A stretch of 37,603 bases of DNA from Reclinomonas americana ATCC 50394 (taxonomy: Eukaryota): the NCBI GenBank assembly GCA_048213135.1, contig PS015453.1:1-37603 (forward strand). The letters run 5' to 3'. Position 1 is the stretch's first letter, and every line of letters starts with the position of its first letter. Position numbers and translations under genes: made by a program. Positions 10,496 to 20,768 of the stretch are shown here, one piece after another. The notes below the pieces were generated by a model. It was given only the letters and a program-made list of their open reading frames with translations, had not been told where the DNA came from and ran no database searches.

Positions 10496-13400
10496 ATGGA
10501 CGAATTGACGGATGCCTTGGTGCACACGCTCACCAACAAAAACAGCGAGCCTCGGGGCAGGAGTCTGCTTACGAATGCTTTCCAGTATGCGGATGCTCCC
10601 GCCAGACAGGAGCGATGGAATCAGTCGGTGCTCCTTCGTGTCTTCAAGCCTGAGGGGCTGTTGTGGTTGGCGAGCCAGATGCAGATAGAACTGTTGCCTG
10701 ACGATCTCCGCTCGCGAGACACACTCGCTCAGTGCTTGGTGGCATGGCAAGAAGCAAAGGTTTGTGACGCCTCGTTTCCTCGTTTCAGCATCCTCGACTA
10801 ACCAGCAGGCGCAGCTCCGCAATGTCGGTGGGAGCGGAAGTAGCAATGCGGCGAGTAGTATCACCACGTGAGCAGCCGTGTGCCACTCCGATTTGTTGTA
10901 TGAGCGCCATTTCTTATATATTTCATCACATGGACAGCACCAACAAACGCGCAGCGGATGGCGCTGACGATGAGGAAGAGGAGCCACCTGCAGCGGCCGA
11001 GCGGGTTGCTTCGCCAGCGCGAAAGCGAGCACGCTCAGGTGCAGCAGCTGAAGCTATGAGCGTCGGTGAGCTTCACGGACCTGCTGTGATCCTTGTTCGT
11101 CGTCTCACGTTCTCTTTCCGCAGACGGTGATGCATCAGACGACTCGCACGTTCTGCCCATGTCACAAGGTGAGCATTCTTTCTCTCGTCCTTGCGTATGT
11201 GTTTCAGCGCGTGATCCTCATGTCCACATTGAAGGAAGTACGTCGGGCGGGGGCCGCTCGTGCTTCCAGTCTCGTTGCGCTGGAACACACAAGTGCTGCG
11301 TGCGGATTGAACCTCTTGTGGTAACCGTGATGTGTCTTCCAGGGGAAGCTGTGGAGAGGGCGCTGACGAGACTGTCGAATCGACACCCTTCTGTGATGCG
11401 CGGGCCGGATCAGCGCACGTTGAACTCGTCAAACCAACCAGTGCGTCGTGCATGTGAGCGACCGCTGTTCCTTCGCAAGGTGGTCACGTAGTGTCATCTG
11501 TTGCAGCTCGCGGAGTACACCCAGATGCAACTTCAGCACCGCAGTCTACCGCCGGACCTGCCGACAAAAGTATGCGAGCATATGGATGCTTTGCGCAGAG
11601 GCAGGACAGCAAAGGAACTCCATCGCTTCATTGCTGTTGGCGGCGGACCAGGAACTGGAAAGTCCCGCCTGTTGGATGAGCTTCCACAGCTGCTGTTGAA
11701 CCTGGTGCAACACCAAATAGCCAGCGGTGCCAGACCCGGACGATTCAGTAATCTGCTGCCCACCCTCGAAAATCTGCTGAGTCATCGAAGAATTCATGTT
11801 GCGTGCGCATGCCTCTTGCTGTATTCACTGCGAAGTCATTGGTGACGCGTGTTCGCTCGCAGCTGTCGGTGACGTTCTGCAGCGGAGATGGCCTGCTTCC
11901 TGAGGAGAAGAACAAGGGAATACCACTCATCGGCTTTCGTGTACTCTGCTCGTGGTATTCGACACCGTCCACGTCCTTTCCGGATTGGATGAGGATGCTG
12001 CGGTCGTCAGCGGAGGGCAGCATTGAGAGCGACGTGAGCCTCTCTTTGGCATTGTCCACGATCGCGCATGACCTAGAGCGACGGTACCCCGGTATTTTTT
12101 GCCGACTTGCACCCCCCTGCACGAGTGAGCCGAGGCTGACGGCATGTGCACAGGCATTCTTGATGAGCAGCTCTTGGTATACGTGGCAGTGGATGAATGC
12201 CTCAAAGTGGTGGAGGCCAAGGGTAATCGCGTACTTGTTGCCAGGCATGAGTCTAGTCGTCCCACGAGTTACTGTTGTGCTGCAGGCAACCTGAAAGAGA
12301 TGGTGGGATCCATTGGTGACGGGCTCTGCTCGCCCCCAGCCGACGCTCCCAATGTAATCCTGCTGGCGGCCTGCTCGGCGCTGGTGCTCGGCCAACTTCA
12401 AGAGGTGTTTCATGCATCTGGTCATCCCATGGCGGCGGTGCCGCTTCCGCTGCTGGACGATCGCCATGTCGTGCGCATACTTGAAGGTGTGTTGGCTTCG
12501 GAGCAGCACCGTTTCTTGCACACATGGCGAGCGATGCCGCCACTCCGTCTGGTTATGGCTCAGCTGGCTGGGTTGCCGCGTGCTGTGGAGTACTTCGTAC
12601 GCACAGTACTTGATTGGCCGGGTGCGTAATCACTTCACGCTGTCGCTCTCTCAGCTGTCGTTCTGAGCTTCCTTGCGGGTGCAGGTGCTGGGTTGTTTCA
12701 CGAATCCGATATGCCAGAGTTCCGCGGTGCGCTGGTCAATTTGCTGAAGGAGCGGTACAAGGAACTGGACCTAGACGTCATCCGAGTATTGGAGCTGTCC
12801 ACACAGCCCGTGTCCAGTCTCGACGCCACCATCCTGTTCGAGGATGACAAGCGCATTCCCCTCAGCGAAGCTGAGTATAATGGGCGCCTGTATCACCGTG
12901 AGCTGAAGCAGGTACGCGCCGTCGTCTATTTTCTTGCTTCCTGGGCACAGTGTGACGTGACTCCATACAGTCCGACGGCTCGAGGCAGTTGTACCCTGTG
13001 TTCCCCTTTGTGCTGGCGTCCACTCAAGACGAAATGACGAGGAAGACTTTGGTGTACATGCGCGATGACGGCGACCAGATGTTCGAGCGCACCTGCACTG
13101 CTGCTCTCGCCATCAAGTTTTCATACCTGGAGCCGCCCAATCAACGCACCGTGCTGGTCAGCGATTTGCTTCGCGGAGCCAATTTTGGCGACCCAGCGAC
13201 TTTTCGGCGCCCGTCAGGAATGCCTCCCTCGACCCCTATTTCGATGGCTGAGCGGCTTTCAAGCCCATGGGTTCGTTGTAGTTGCTGTCTGCAGTAGTTC
13301 CGTGCATTCGCTCACACAATTGTGTTCCACAGGACGCATCGCGCCTCTCGCACCTGTCTGTTTTTCTGAACCGGCCACACTCTCCGGCCGCGGATGCTTT

Positions 13401-14268
13401 TCTCGTATGCCCTGAAGTGCGTTATGTTTCGTGTTTCTTCATTTTGCCAGGTTCTGCTGACCAAGGGACACTCCAGGGCTACATCACGTTTCAATACAAG
13501 CGAGTGTGGACGGGAGCACTCAACCAGGCAAAGTTCAAGCGCGAGTACGCCAAGGCTTTTTTGGTGCGTGCCTGTTGGTTCCGTGTGCCGTCAACAGCCG
13601 CCTCTGGCCCATTTTCCCCCTGCAGCCATGCATCCACATGGCCAACCTCCGGACAAATGGTTGTGCGCCACTGCGATTCGTTGGTCAGCTCGACAGACGA
13701 CAGGAAGCGCTGGTGCGGATGCCGAAAGAAGAGCTTGAACAGCAAAACCTCAAGAGCGACGCGGTTGTCGAAAGGATCTGTTCCACTGCTGATCTATGCG
13801 CCGTACGTGATATCTGCTTCGTGCAATGTTGCCTTTTCCAGCAGCATTTTTGATCCAGTCTCCGGCGCAGAACTTCTGGTTCGGTCTGATTGCTGTCCGG
13901 CCGCACGCAAGTCTCGATCTGCCGCGAAATGCGTTCGTTGTGGATCCTAGCAACATGGACGCATTCTTCGGTTTCGTAATTGGGCCCATGATGAGGACTG
14001 TCTTTGTCGGTGAGTCAAGAATTGTTTTTCGTTCTTCGACCCTCCTCCGTCTGCTCACCACCATTTGTTAGAAACCAACGTCAACACTTCCAGCCACACC
14101 CATCTGAACACGCTGCTCAAGTCCGAGACGGCTGTTGATTTCCTGACGCGGGAGCGCACAATCCGTCATTTTACGTCTTACCAGGATGTGTTGGAGCGTG
14201 CCGAAGAGCAAGCAATTGGGAGTGCTCTGTTCGAGAACCTCGAGGAGGGGGAGTTTGTGCTTTACTGA
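10496..14268 (+). CDS. Crinkler/RHS-type (CR) effector-like protein: P-loop NTPase + PD-(D/E)xK restriction-endonuclease fold + C-terminal helix-hairpin-helix, ~15 exons
   Basis: Walker A IAVGGGPGTGKSRLLDEL (~11630-11683), LSVTFCSG, Walker B LLVYVAVDE (~12171-12197), LAGLPRAVE. Nuclease-like FE..NRPHSPAADAFL..ITFQYK (13081-13500), LPRNAFVVDPSNMDAFFG. HhH-like NVNTSSHTHL..ERTIRHFTSYQD. A frame-consistent GT-AG model runs from ATG 10496 to TGA 14266-14268. Family assignment is from recalled motifs. Confidence 0.8.
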
Positions 14269-14624
14269 GCATGTTTGTCGTGAGCAATGCACACTGCGTT
14301 TTTTGTCGACGGTCGACATCGATATCGATCGTGATTGTGCGGGCATTCACGGGCTGCACTCCTTCGCCTTGCATCTGCAGTGGAGTACACTATCGCCTGT
14401 AGCTGCAGCTGCAGGTCGCTCATATGCAGTCGACAGTCGACATCGACATCGACGTCGACATCGACACAAGCAACTTTTTTGTCGGAGTGAGAGAGAACAC
14501 ACACCCTCGCTGTGTCTCGTTGCTCTCACTGCTCTCCTCTCGCTACTCTCTCTTCCACTCTTCCTCCCACTCTTCCCCTCCCTCCCCTCTCCCTTCTCTC
14601 TCTCTCTCTCTTTGCATTTCCCTC

Positions 14625-15077
14625 ATGGGTGACCACTTCACCAGCTCATTCACCGTCGCCGACAAGAGCGCCGACGAGGTCTTCGAGGCCATCAAGAACG
14701 TGCGCATGTGGTGGACGGGAGCCATTGAAGGCAGCGCAGACAACATTGGCGACGAGTTCACCTACCGCTACGGCGACATGCACTACTCCAAGCAGCGCGT
14801 CGCCGAGCTCATCCCCGCACGCAAGATCGTCTGGCACGTGGTCGACGCCGAGCTCACCTCCCCGCAAAACCGCACCGAGTGGAAGGGCACCGAGATTGTC
14901 TTCGATATCTCTGCAGGCGACGACGGGAAGACCGAGGTGCGCTTTACGCACATTGGTCTGGTGCCGCAGTTCGAGTGCTACAAGAACTGCGCCTACGCGT
15001 GGTGTTTTTACGTCGACACCAGCCTGCCGCATTTCATCGCCACTGGCGAAGGTCCGATGTCGCCTCCATGGGCGTGA
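14625..15077 (+). CDS. SRPBCC/AHSA1-like (START-fold) ligand-binding protein, intronless, bacterial type
   Basis: 150-aa ORF: MGDHFTSSFTV..EVFEAIKNVRMWW..GDEFTYRY..HYSKQRVAELIP..KIVW..TEWKGTEIVFDI..GKTEVRFTHIGLVPQFECY..AW. This is the pattern of bacterial AHSA1/CalC-like SRPBCC proteins; third codon positions are strongly G/C. Confidence 0.9.
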   Translation: MGDHFTSSFTVADKSADEVFEAIKNVRMWWTGAIEGSADNIGDEFTYRYGDMHYSKQRVAELIPARKIVWHVVDAELTSPQNRTEWKGTEIVFDISAGDDGKTEVRFTHIGLVPQFECYKNCAYAWCFYVDTSLPHFIATGEGPMSPPWA

Positions 15078-15223
15078 TCCGCGGACACAGTCGCAGTGCC
15101 GAACGCACGTGCATATGAGAGCAGCGATGTAATGAAGCGGTCTTGGTTGCTTTGCTTCCGTTGTTTGCATGCATCGCGACGTCCCATCAGTGTCCTTCTC
15201 TGCAACTTCGCACACACGCACAC

Positions 15224-15824
15224 ATGGGAAAGAAGGCCAAGTCACCGCGCTCAGCCACCAGCCCGACGAACGGTGCTTCGTCTGCATCCGCCGCTGCTGA
15301 TGCACCCACTGCTGCTGCTGCTGCAGCACCACCAGCAGCAGCTCTCTCACCGGAGGAGAAGCGCAAGCAGGCGGAGAAGGAGGAGGCCGAGCGCAAGGAG
15401 CGCGAGGAAGCAGAGGCTCGCGAGTGGCGCGCCACACACAGCAAGCCAAGAAGAGTACTGCGTCGCGTATGGGAAAAGACGACAAAGTTACGACGCCGCG
15501 AAGACATTTCGCACTTCCACGCACGCGCACTCACACACGCGCGCGTGCCTGTGTGTGTGTGTGTATGCTCACAGCACTGGGTCGTGGCTGTGGAACACCG
15601 CCAAGTCATGGGGATGGCAGATGACGACGGCCACGATTCTGCTGTCGCTTCCGGTGCTGCGTCTGATCCAGACCGAGATGCAGCTGGAGCGTGAGTCAGA
15701 GGAGCAGCTGGCGTTCCAGCAGCGCATGATCGCCTCCAGGCAAGCACAACAGGCGGCTGCTGCTGTGTCAGCGCCGGTGTCTGCGCCTGTGACTGTCCCC
15801 GGCTTGCCGTTGTTGCCCAATTAG
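15224..15824 (+). CDS. TOM22: Mitochondrial import receptor subunit TOM22-like, 2 exons
   Basis: Exons 15224-15486 and 15575-15824. TGSWLWNTAKSWGWQMTTATILLSLPVLRLIQTEMQLE matches the Tom22 signature W-x2-TT-x3-L-x2-P followed by a Gln/Glu-rich intermembrane-space helix. Confidence 0.75.
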
Positions 15825-16264
15825 AGAGAGAGAGTGGAGAGTGGAGAGAGAAGAGAGCGTTTTGATATAGTGAAAGCGCTGCCTTTTTCATTGTGCAAGC
15901 AACACTGAAGAGTTGCGTGTGTGTGTGTTAGTTGTGCTTGGTGGCGCGAATGGCCGGGAGCAGCCCGCCCACGAATCCAAGCAGCACCGAGGCCACCACC
16001 ACCGGCTCGCGAGAAATTGCCCGCTTGATCGCGCCCAGCATCGTCGTGCACGCGTGTATGTATGTGTGTGTGCGTCAGAGAGGGTGACGGTACGTATACC
16101 GCGCTGCGATGTATTTTCGCAAGGAAACCTCACCTCTGGCTGACTTCAATTGCGTTTCGCGGAGAAAGGTTTGCGTTCTCGTCTTTGTTTCTGTTGTGTG
16201 CGTCTCTCTCCATCCGTGTTACTTATTATGTGCGCTGTGTGACTTGCGCGCACACACACGCAAG

Positions 16265-19127
16265 ATGCTCTCTGGGGCATACGTTGTTCTCTCTTTTGCC
16301 GCCGTGTGCGGCACTGGGTGGTACGCACTGCGTGAGCATCACATGCAGTTCTTCCCCGCAGTGGAGAAGCTGGCCAGGTGCGCGGAAATCACACTCACTC
16401 TCACATGTGTGTGACACGTGTTACCTGACTCGTTTGTTCTCTCTGACGTGTCGCACGCAGCTCAAAAGCAGCGATTGCGGTGTTGTGTAACCTGGTGGTG
16501 GGGCTCACGTGGTGGTTTGGCACTCTGTGTCTGCGATTCTTCTTGGGCAAGCTGCGAGATATTGAGCAATCGGTGATTAGTCACCTCTTGTCTGCTGCGT
16601 TGACTCCGCGCGCACTGACACGTGTGTGTGCGTGTGCGCGTGTGTGTGTGTGTGCAGGACTTGTGGTTCAAGCTCAAGTTCACCACGTTCGAGTTGCTGT
16701 TGGCGCTCACTGTTGCGTCTCTCTGTGCATAATGGTTTTCCCGCTTCAGTGAGGGAGAAGCAGTAAGAAAGAAAGAAGCACTCTCAGAAACAGAGAGAGG
16801 CACTCTCTGCGTAAGAAAGAAGCGCTTTCTTTGACAGAAGGAGAAGCACTTTCTCGGAAAGAAAGAGAAGTACTCTAGAAGATAAAGAGGGAAGACCACC
16901 CTTTGAAAGCGCAGCACTCTCGGCATGAAAGAAGCGCTTTCTTAGAAAGGAGGAGATGTACTCCCCGTGTGTGAAAGAGGAGCGTTCGCCAAGAAAGAGA
17001 GACGCACTCTCTGAAGAACGAAAGAAACAGTCTCTCAAGAAAGTAAGAAATTGAAGCGCCAGTAGTCTCCTAGAATGAAAGAAGCAGAAGCACTCTCTTG
17101 GAAAGGAGGAGAAGCACTCACTCGCTGGGAGACAGAGAAGTGCTCCGTTAGAAAGAAAGAGAAGCACTCTGTGTCTGTGAAAGAGAAGCACTCTTTTGGT
17201 AAGGAGGAGAAACAAACAGAAAGAGAAGCACTCGCACGCACTCTCTCACTCCTGTGAAAGAGAAGCAAGCTCACTCTCTTCTTCCCTCATACTCTCTCTT
17301 TCCCTTTCATTCTCTCTCTCAAAAACAGCAAGAGATGAGACTCAGCCTTTGGTTCCATCTCTTTTCCGTTCAGTCTTATGAAGAGTGCGGTGGCTCATCT
17401 CTTTGCCTCTTCGTTCCATGCAGCTGTTCCGCGAGGAGTTGTCGCTGTACTTTGGCTTCCAGCTCCTCGTGCTCATGTTCCTCAAGACGTTCACATGGCT
17501 GGCCTCGTTCCGCTGCGGCTTCGTTGCGTCTCTCTCTCTCGTGCACCTCCAGCCGCACGCCAGCGTCTCACTGTCATGATGATGCGCGCAGCTGGAGACA
17601 TACGCAGAGCCGCCTCCCAAGGAGACACGCCGCATGTTCTTCCTGCTGGTGTTGCTGATCGCGGCCGATGTGTACGTTCTCAACTCGCTTGCCGCGAGCA
17701 TTGTGCGCCAGGGCTTCTCCGTGAAGCTGCTGTTCGCCTCCGAGTACGCCGTGTCGCTGCTGTCGGTGTTGAGCACGTCGGCGCGCTTTGTGGTCTTCCT
17801 GTGCGATATGCAGCGGTCGCGTGTGCTGCAGCGCAAGCTGTTTGTGCAGCGGAGTGTGGAGCGCATGAAGCGCAAGAAGGCCGAGGCGGAGGCCGCCGCG
17901 GAGAATGCAGACGCAGAGGGGGAGGCGGAGGAGCAGGAGGAGGAGGAGCCAGTACGTGTCCTTGATTTATCTCGATGTAGTTTCCGATTGCTGATCTCTT
18001 TTCGTCCTTTGCCACAGCTGGTGCTCGAGGAGATCGAGGTGCCGCGGTGGGGCGCCAAGGACGGCCTGCTGTTCTTTATCACGTTTGCGCGCGACTTTTT
18101 GCAGTCGCTCACCTACTGCGTCTTCTTTGGCTTGATTTCGTACGTGTACGGCCTGCCCATCCACATGGTGTTGGATCTGTACTTGAGTGTCAGCGCGCTG
18201 GTGACGCGTCTGGCCGACTTGCGGCGCTACCTGCTGGTGCGCTCGCGTCTTATCGATGTCAAGCCGCAAGACATTGAGCCGGACTCGCACTGTGGTGTGT
18301 GCCACGAGGCGCTGGATGTTGCGTTACCCCCCTTGTGCGCGCATCTGTCAGTGCGCGTGTACACTCATCATACGCACTGCCTGCAGGACGCCGTCAAGCG
18401 CATCCCGCACTGCGGCCACATGTACCACTTCCACTGTCTCGTGAAGTGGCTGTCGGAGAATCCGCGTTGCCCGATGTGCAACCAGGACGTGTTCCGCATG
18501 ATTCATCACCACGATGCGCGTGGCGCTGCTGCGGCTGGTGCGGCAAATGCTGCAGCGGCGGCTGCCGGTGCCGCACAGGCACAGCCGGCCGCCGGAGCAC
18601 AGCCGCAGGCACCCGCCGCTGGTGCTGCCGCCGGTCGTGTGCTGGGTCACGGAGCGGCTCAGCCGGCGGCACCACAGTCGCCTGGATCACCACTGGCCGC
18701 CGCCGGCTCACAGCCACCGCCCCCACCGTCACCATTCCCGCTGTTGACGCCGCCACCGCAGCCGCCGAGCTTCGTCACGGCCATGTGGAGCAACGCGTCG
18801 ACTCCGGCCACCACCGCGACCACGCCGGCCTTCTCGCCCTTCTTCCCGCCACCACTGCCACCATGGGCCATGAACGGTGGCGCTGGCACTGCCTCGCCCG
18901 GCGTCACCTCGCCCACATCGCACGCCTCCACGCTGGCCAGCATGGACGACGAGGATGTCGACGTGTTTGTGCGCGACCTCGAGCGTCTGCTGGCGCACGG
19001 CACCCACATTGTGGAGCGCCTGAAGTCGCGAGCGCGGAGGACCGCCTCAAAAGCAACAGAAGACGACTCATCACTCGGAGAAAAGGAGGCCGCTCGAGCA
19101 GCAGCAGCAGCAGCGTCGGAGCAATGA
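16265..19127 (+). CDS. HRD1: ERAD RING-H2 E3 ubiquitin ligase HRD1/synoviolin-like, 7 exons
   Basis: QFFPAVEKL, FFLGKLRDIE, FELLLALT/LFREE, FLKTFTWLASFR, LLFASEY, YGLPIHMV; RING-H2 CGVCHE..CGHMYHFHCLVKWL..CPMC; Pro/Ala tail. Exons 16265-16377, 16461-16572, 16658-16711, 17424-17522, 17592-17951, 18018-18317, 18387-19127. Confidence 0.92.
16750..17280 (+). repeat. Degenerate ~20-30-bp minisatellite (GAAAGAGAAGCACTCTC-like, ~20 copies) in HRD1 intron 3
   Basis: AGAAGCACT(C/T) recurs at about 16774, 16842, 17086, 17110, 17160, 17184, 17224, with many variants (AAGCGCTTT, AAGTACTCT, AAGTGCTCC) in between. Confidence 0.85.
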
Positions 19128-19189
19128 GAAAAATAAAAATTTGAACGTTACTCGTGTGTATTTTCCTGCATTGTGCGAGAGAGAACAAG

Positions 19190-20729
19190 ATGGAGTCATT
19201 CCTGTCGTCCTTCCGCTCGTTTGCCACTGGACTGCAGTACGACGCGCGTGAGTTGTCGTCGGCAGTGGAACGCCCACCGCCGCGTGGTGTGGGTGGCAAG
19301 AGTTGCGCCGTCTCTTGTGAAGACACTGATGATCCTCAGTCACTCACACGAGTGTTGTTGCGCAGGTTCTCTGTTGCTGGCTCGCCAGTTGCTCAGTTCT
19401 ACCGAGGGCCTGGGCAGCCATGTGCGCGCCCTGGAGAGCCTGGCTTTTGGTGAGTGAACAGAGAGAAAAGAGAGACAGAGATGTTATTGTGTAACTCATT
19501 CTCTGTGACACAGCGGTGTCTGAGGACCAGATCGCGGCAGCGTACACCGACGCCTTTACGCACCTCGAGTCACTCATTGAGCAGGTGGAAGAGCGCCTCA
19601 CTCAGTTCGGATACATCAAAGGTGCGTATGAAGGAAGAGACACAGCTTGACTTGGTTGTTGCTGACCTGTCGCGCAGCCGATCGTGCTGCGCAGTACGAG
19701 CAAGCCGAACGCGAGGCATACGAGGCGCACCGCGAGCAGCAGCAACAGCGCGCAGAGGCGGGCGATGCTTCCTCGTCTCAGTCGGCGGCTTCGACGGCCA
19801 CCATGAGTGGACCTGCGGCTGCTGCTGCGGCGGCGGCCGCTGCAGCTGCCTCCAGTCGCGCGTCGTTCGAGGTCCCCGGTGCACCGTGCACTCCTGTGTA
19901 CGCCTCGTCGAGCAGCATGCGACCGCCACTCGGCAGCGCCTTCAAGACGCCGACTCTGGCCGAGTTCGGCCTCGGCAACTACCTGTCGCAGCTGACCGAG
20001 AAGCCTTCTCGTTGCGTCTCCCATGCACAGCAGCCGGCTTGTCGTTGGTGTTGCTGTTGGTGGTGCTGATACGATAATGGCACAGGTCTGTCGTTTGGCG
20101 ACACCACTGGTCGCGCTCCGCTCACGCCCATCAGTGCTCTGTCCAACGCCATGGCCACCACTGTGCACGTGGACAGTGCGCTGAAGGGCACCGACTTGCG
20201 ACCGAATTTCACCAGGCCACAGAAGCCTGCTGCTGCCGCTGCCGCAGCACCGACTGCAGCAGTCACACAGCAGGTACTGCCGCCTCCACCACCGCCACCA
20301 CCAGCATCATCGTCATCGTCGTCGGCTGCCGCAATCCCCGCAGCAGCGACCACTGTCGCAGGCACAGCAGGCACCAAGCGCAGGCGAGCGGCAGCGGAGG
20401 AAGAGGAAGAACAGGAGGAAGAAGAGGAGGCTGGCGAGACTCTGTTCCCGCAGATGGAACTGGTGTCAGAGACCGAGTATGCCTCCATTCCGCTCCACCT
20501 CAACGCGCAATTCTCGCTGAAGAACCTCAACGCGGCTATTGAGAAGATCAACGAGTTTGTCACCGACAAGTCGTTTGCCAAGGACGAGCCGTATGTTACG
20601 CAGGCGGAGATGGAGGGCACGGAGCTCGCGTTTGGAACCAAGGCCAAGGCGCTGATTCTCATTCTGACGCACACCAACCGCTTCAGTGCGAAGCGTGCCG
20701 GTGGCCAGAAGGTGTACCATCTCAAGTAA
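19190..20729 (+). CDS. SKA3: Spindle and kinetochore-associated protein SKA3-like, 5 exons
   Basis: N-terminal helical region ending EERLTQFGY, TPTLAEFGL motif, disordered linker, and C-terminal VSETEYASIP..SLKNLNAAIEKIN..KAKALILILTHTNRF..VY resembling the Ska winged-helix domain. Exons 19190-19301, 19366-19449, 19514-19621, 19678-20010, 20086-20729. Confidence 0.8.
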
Positions 20730-20768
20730 ACTGCGGAACACGAAACACGAGTACATAGTGGTACATTG

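Noticed and set aside
15900-16260. E2F-like sites (GCGCGAA, TTTCGCGG) upstream of HRD1
   Set aside because: Short, imperfect matches in CpG-rich DNA; not distinguishable from chance.
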